Assembly: GCA_036845085.1 (NCBI GenBank)
Contig: DAIUEN010000010.1
Span: 1 to 19,036 of the forward strand
Length of the DNA stretch: 19,036 bases
Direction of reading: 5' to 3'
DNA from: Candidatus Nanopusillus sp.
GTDB taxonomy: Archaea; Nanobdellota; Nanobdellia; Nanobdellales; Nanobdellaceae
The translations under genes were made by a program, and so were the position numbers. Of the stretch, positions 16,263 to 19,036 are shown piece after piece (position 1 is the first letter of the stretch; the number at the start of each line of letters is the position of its first letter). Under the pieces are notes generated by a model. The model worked only from the letters and a program-made list of their open reading frames with translations. It made no database searches and was not told where the DNA came from.

Positions 16263-16893
16263 TTTTTCCATTAATTTTTTCTAAATATACTTCATGAGGA
16301 CCTTTTAATGTAATAGAATTTTCAAATTCGCACGGTATATAATTACATGTAAAATTTCCATAATTGTTTAGAAAACAAACTTTATTTTCATAAACTTTTA
16401 TTATAGATAAAAAGGTAAAAGTTTTTGAAGATTCATTTATATCAGAAGTACAGAAATTATATAAATAATAATAAAAATCAGAATAAAAATTATAACATAT
16501 TTCTATATTCATTTTAGATAATCTTCCACCAATAGATATAAAATAAGAATTATTATAGCAATTTCCTTTATAGTTTTCTATTCCAAAAACATAATTTTCT
16601 ACATAAACTTTAAATGGATATGGGAAATAAGTACAGTTTACAAAAGTATTATTGTATATTACTGAAAAATTTTCAATTTTTTTCGTTGATGTATAAAATA
16701 TAGAATCAAAATAACTACCAATACAGTTTGGAGAAAATAAAGAATATAATATTAGATCACTATATGTAAATTCATTTTGTCTTATAATATTATAAGACTG
16801 TTTGAATGAAAATATAGCAGTAATTAATATTATAGCTATTAGAAATCCTACAATTAATATTGTTGTAAATATTACAGAAAATTGACTTTTCAT
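16249..16893 (-). CDS. Secreted or membrane-anchored cysteine-rich protein with pilin-like N-terminus
   Basis: The track start (16908) is TTG. The ATG at 16893..16891 forms an ATGA overlap with the upstream stop and gives MKSQFSVIFTTILIVGFLIAIILITAIFSF..., a short basic N-terminus followed by about 22 hydrophobic residues. It has 8 Cys, all after the helix, and several N-x-S/T sequons (NFS, NNT, NCT, NNS, NES, NFT). Confidence 0.6.
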   Translation of the reverse strand: MKSQFSVIFTTILIVGFLIAIILITAIFSFKQSYNIIRQNEFTYSDLILYSLFSPNCIGSYFDSIFYTSTKKIENFSVIYNNTFVNCTYFPYPFKVYVENYVFGIENYKGNCYNNSYFISIGGRLSKMNIEICYNFYSDFYYYLYNFCTSDINESSKTFTFLSIIKVYENKVCFLNNYGNFTCNYIPCEFENSITLKGPHEVYLEKINGKIKIV

Positions 16894-18116
16894 TGTGGCT
16901 CTCCACAAATATTAGTGTTAGGACTGAATTTTTCTTCACAAGGTAATGGATCTGATGGACAACAATCAGGGCATCCTACAATAGGACAACAAGATACCTG
17001 CCAACTTTTTCTTATATAATATTTACATGTATAAATTATTTTTCCATTTTCTTCTCTTTTTTTTGTATCCTCTGGCCCATCTGGTGTTGGATAACATACA
17101 GGTCCAATTGTATCTATATGTTTACATAAAGATTCTATTACTTTTTTTGTTGTATTATCCACAACTATTGTACAGTTGTATACACAAGATTGATATAATG
17201 TTACAGTATCATTTGCTGCATATACATTAGCTCCAAAAGAAATAGCTTGTGGGAATAATATGCCATTAAATAAAACATTATAACCAGTATGATTACATAA
17301 TAGTCTAATTGTACATCTTAAGTTTTCTGGATGACATAATTCTTTACATGGTTTTTTGCAAGCATCAAATACATATACAAATTCGTTACACTTAACATCG
17401 GGATCATTTACAAATTGTTCAAAACTTATTGCGCATCCTCTTTGATCTCTATTTCCACTTACTACTGCATTTATACAATCTTCTATAGAACATTGACTAA
17501 GATAACCCTCAACAGTAAATTCATATGCTTTCCTATACAAAAATAAAGCTGGATTGTCTGTTACATTAATTATATATTTCCAATCAAATATTGAAGAAGC
17601 ATCTGAAGAATTTATAGTAAATTTTATTCCTTCAACAGCAGTATAAAAGTAATAGTCATACTTTCCCCTATATATGTCAGAACATTTTCCCACAATATAT
17701 GTAGAATAATTACTTGTAAAGTTTATTCTAAAATTGTATGGATAATATATTTTTTCGTTATTTATTTTATCTATTCCTAGTTCTAGAGATCCTTGTAAAG
17801 CATTCTTAAGATTTTCGTTATAATATTTCACAGCTTCTTCACAACTTGGGGGATTTACAGAACATGGAACATAAGCCCATATATTTTTCCCCCATCCTTG
17901 TAATCCAGAAGTTCTAGATTCTACATATGCTTTCTGAGTAAAAGCTATTTTTAAATATCCCAAAAAATAATTGGTAATAGTGTTTAATGAATCAAATTTT
18001 ATTATATTTATTTGTTGTCTAGAAAAATATGTCAAAGACAAGAAAGATAATATTATTATTACTCCAGCTATAGATAGAAACAACAAAACATATAAAAATT
18101 CGCTCTGATTTCTCAT
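16890..18116 (-). CDS. Large cysteine-rich extracellular protein with pilin-like N-terminus
   Basis: 408 aa with an ATG start. The N-terminus MRNQSEFLYVLLFLSIAGVIIILSFLSL is basic, then Q-S-E-F, then a hydrophobic helix. It has 24 Cys (hand count), all after the helix, including the C-terminal knot SCCPIVGCPDCCPSDPLPCEEKFSPNTNIC. There are at least 8 N-x-S/T sequons. Confidence 0.7.
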   Translation of the reverse strand: MRNQSEFLYVLLFLSIAGVIIILSFLSLTYFSRQQINIIKFDSLNTITNYFLGYLKIAFTQKAYVESRTSGLQGWGKNIWAYVPCSVNPPSCEEAVKYYNENLKNALQGSLELGIDKINNEKIYYPYNFRINFTSNYSTYIVGKCSDIYRGKYDYYFYTAVEGIKFTINSSDASSIFDWKYIINVTDNPALFLYRKAYEFTVEGYLSQCSIEDCINAVVSGNRDQRGCAISFEQFVNDPDVKCNEFVYVFDACKKPCKELCHPENLRCTIRLLCNHTGYNVLFNGILFPQAISFGANVYAANDTVTLYQSCVYNCTIVVDNTTKKVIESLCKHIDTIGPVCYPTPDGPEDTKKREENGKIIYTCKYYIRKSWQVSCCPIVGCPDCCPSDPLPCEEKFSPNTNICGEPQ

Positions 18117-18137
18117 AAAGCTAATTTTTAAAAAAGA

Positions 18138-18145
18138 TTTTTAAA
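18138..18145 (-). promoter_or_regulatory. TATA box candidate (minus strand TTTAAAAA) for the 408-aa Cys-rich gene
   Basis: It is centred 25.5 nt upstream of ATG 18116, inside the 30-bp gap after the upstream membrane-protein stop. Confidence 0.3.
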
Positions 18146-18146
18146 T

Positions 18147-19036
18147 TTATTTAGATATTTTTATGTGGAAATATAAAAATATCAAGAGGAGAGATGAAAT
18201 GATGGGACCGTGCATTAGATATAATACTTTTCTTATGTCCGGATAAGATAATAGGTTAAACAAAAATGGTTCTAATCGTAAGAAAAATCCATATATTATC
18301 CCTTCTAAAAATTCTCCAAAAAATACCTGTAAAAGTACTAATATTCCTATTGTCATTCCTATAGCTTTAGATATTTTCTTAGGATTATTTTTTTTAATAC
18401 CATAATGCAAACCCAGCAGAAATGAAGAAATATCTATAGAGTATCTTACATGTAATAACCAACCAATCAGGTTTTTTGTGTAATATAGATAACCAGAAAA
18501 TATTATTAATGGAAAAGAAATCAATACTGGAGAAACTTTCTTTCTTTCTTTTAGTTCTAAGAAAATTAATATGTATATTGCAAGTTCAAATATAACAAAA
18601 TATAATAAATATTTTAAAATATCTTTAGTTATATTTAAGCTATTAAGAAAATCGAAGTTCAATATTAATATTAATGCTTGCATAAAAATTAATATAAAAG
18701 AAATTGAAAATACTATCTTTTTTTCAGATAGGATATCATAAAATCTTATTATATTTATCTTTGATGAATCCTCCATTTTGCTAAAATGGTTTAAAAATAA
18801 CAATATTAAAGCTATCATTATTATAAAAACAAATTTTGAAATAAAAGGAGACCAAAATGGATCTACAATTAAGAAGAATTTTTGGTAAATATTAAAGAAC
18901 CATGCTGGACTAAATAATTCTATGTCGAAAAATTTAAATGTATGATATAAAAATAAAGTAAATATCAAAATTAAAATAACATAAAACTCTTTTTTATTTA
19001 TTTGGAATTTATTTTCTACTATATAAAGACCTATAA
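18147..19036 (-). CDS. Polytopic integral membrane protein, unknown function; 5' end unresolved (may start outside the window)
   Basis: The track start at 18968 is TTG, and the first internal Met is about 50 codons in. By hand translation the frame stays open to the right edge (...IGLYIVENKFQINKKEFYVILI-). There are about 8 hydrophobic helices. I see no prepilin-peptidase or CPBP motifs. Confidence 0.55.
   Translation of the reverse strand, partial: IGLYIVENKFQINKKEFYVILILIFTLFLYHTFKFFDIELFSPAWFFNIYQKFFLIVDPFWSPFISKFVFIIMIALILLFLNHFSKMEDSSKINIIRFYDILSEKKIVFSISFILIFMQALILILNFDFLNSLNITKDILKYLLYFVIFELAIYILIFLELKERKKVSPVLISFPLIIFSGYLYYTKNLIGWLLHVRYSIDISSFLLGLHYGIKKNNPKKISKAIGMTIGILVLLQVFFGEFLEGIIYGFFLRLEPFLFNLLSYPDIRKVLYLMHGPIISSLLLIFLYFHIKISK

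Noticed and set aside
16894-16908. TTG-initiated N-terminal extension (MWRAT) of the 219-aa ORF
   Set aside because: The ATG at 16893 forms a classic ATGA overlap with the upstream stop and gives an N-terminus parallel to the neighbouring paralogue-like protein, so I prefer the shorter model.
17027-17230. 67-aa plus-strand ORF
   Set aside because: It is antisense inside the 408-aa Cys-rich gene.
1-19036. CRISPR arrays, IS elements/transposases, integrases, rRNA or tRNA genes
   Set aside because: By eye I found no regularly spaced direct repeats, no transposase- or integrase-like ORFs, and no GC-rich islands of tRNA or rRNA size. The only GC islands are the C/D sRNA and the 30-nt G-tract.

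Overview
Very AT-rich window (roughly a quarter G+C by eye, not computed) that is almost entirely coding and clearly archaeal. It encodes TFB, proteasome alpha, RNase P Pop5, SBDS, membrane-anchored LonB, ribosomal proteins S24e and S27ae, and a family-4 UDG. Genes are packed very tightly: 1-4 nt start/stop overlaps, convergent 3' overlaps of 14-60 nt, and divergent spacers of only 29-52 bp. This suggests a reduced genome with leaderless transcripts, DPANN/Nanoarchaeota-like (inference only). The left 7.7 kb is a glycogen island: a GDE-type debranching enzyme, an archaeal GlgA-type synthase, a GH57 enzyme and a eukaryote-type GT3 glycogen synthase. The most interesting candidate is the translationally coupled operon at 4467-7679. 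It encodes a small charged coiled-coil protein, a ParA/MinD ATPase, the GT3 glycogen synthase and a polytopic membrane protein, and looks like an undescribed ParA-type cargo-positioning module for glycogen synthesis or granules. Two features are missing from the ORF track. One is a textbook C/D box sRNA (14737-14785, minus) sitting on the UDG stop codon, whose D guide copies the 16S anti-Shine-Dalgarno sequence. The other is the S27ae gene (13868-14029). The right end encodes two cysteine-rich, sequon-rich proteins with pilin-like N-termini, which are candidate surface or attachment factors. I saw no rRNA, tRNA, CRISPR array or mobile element.
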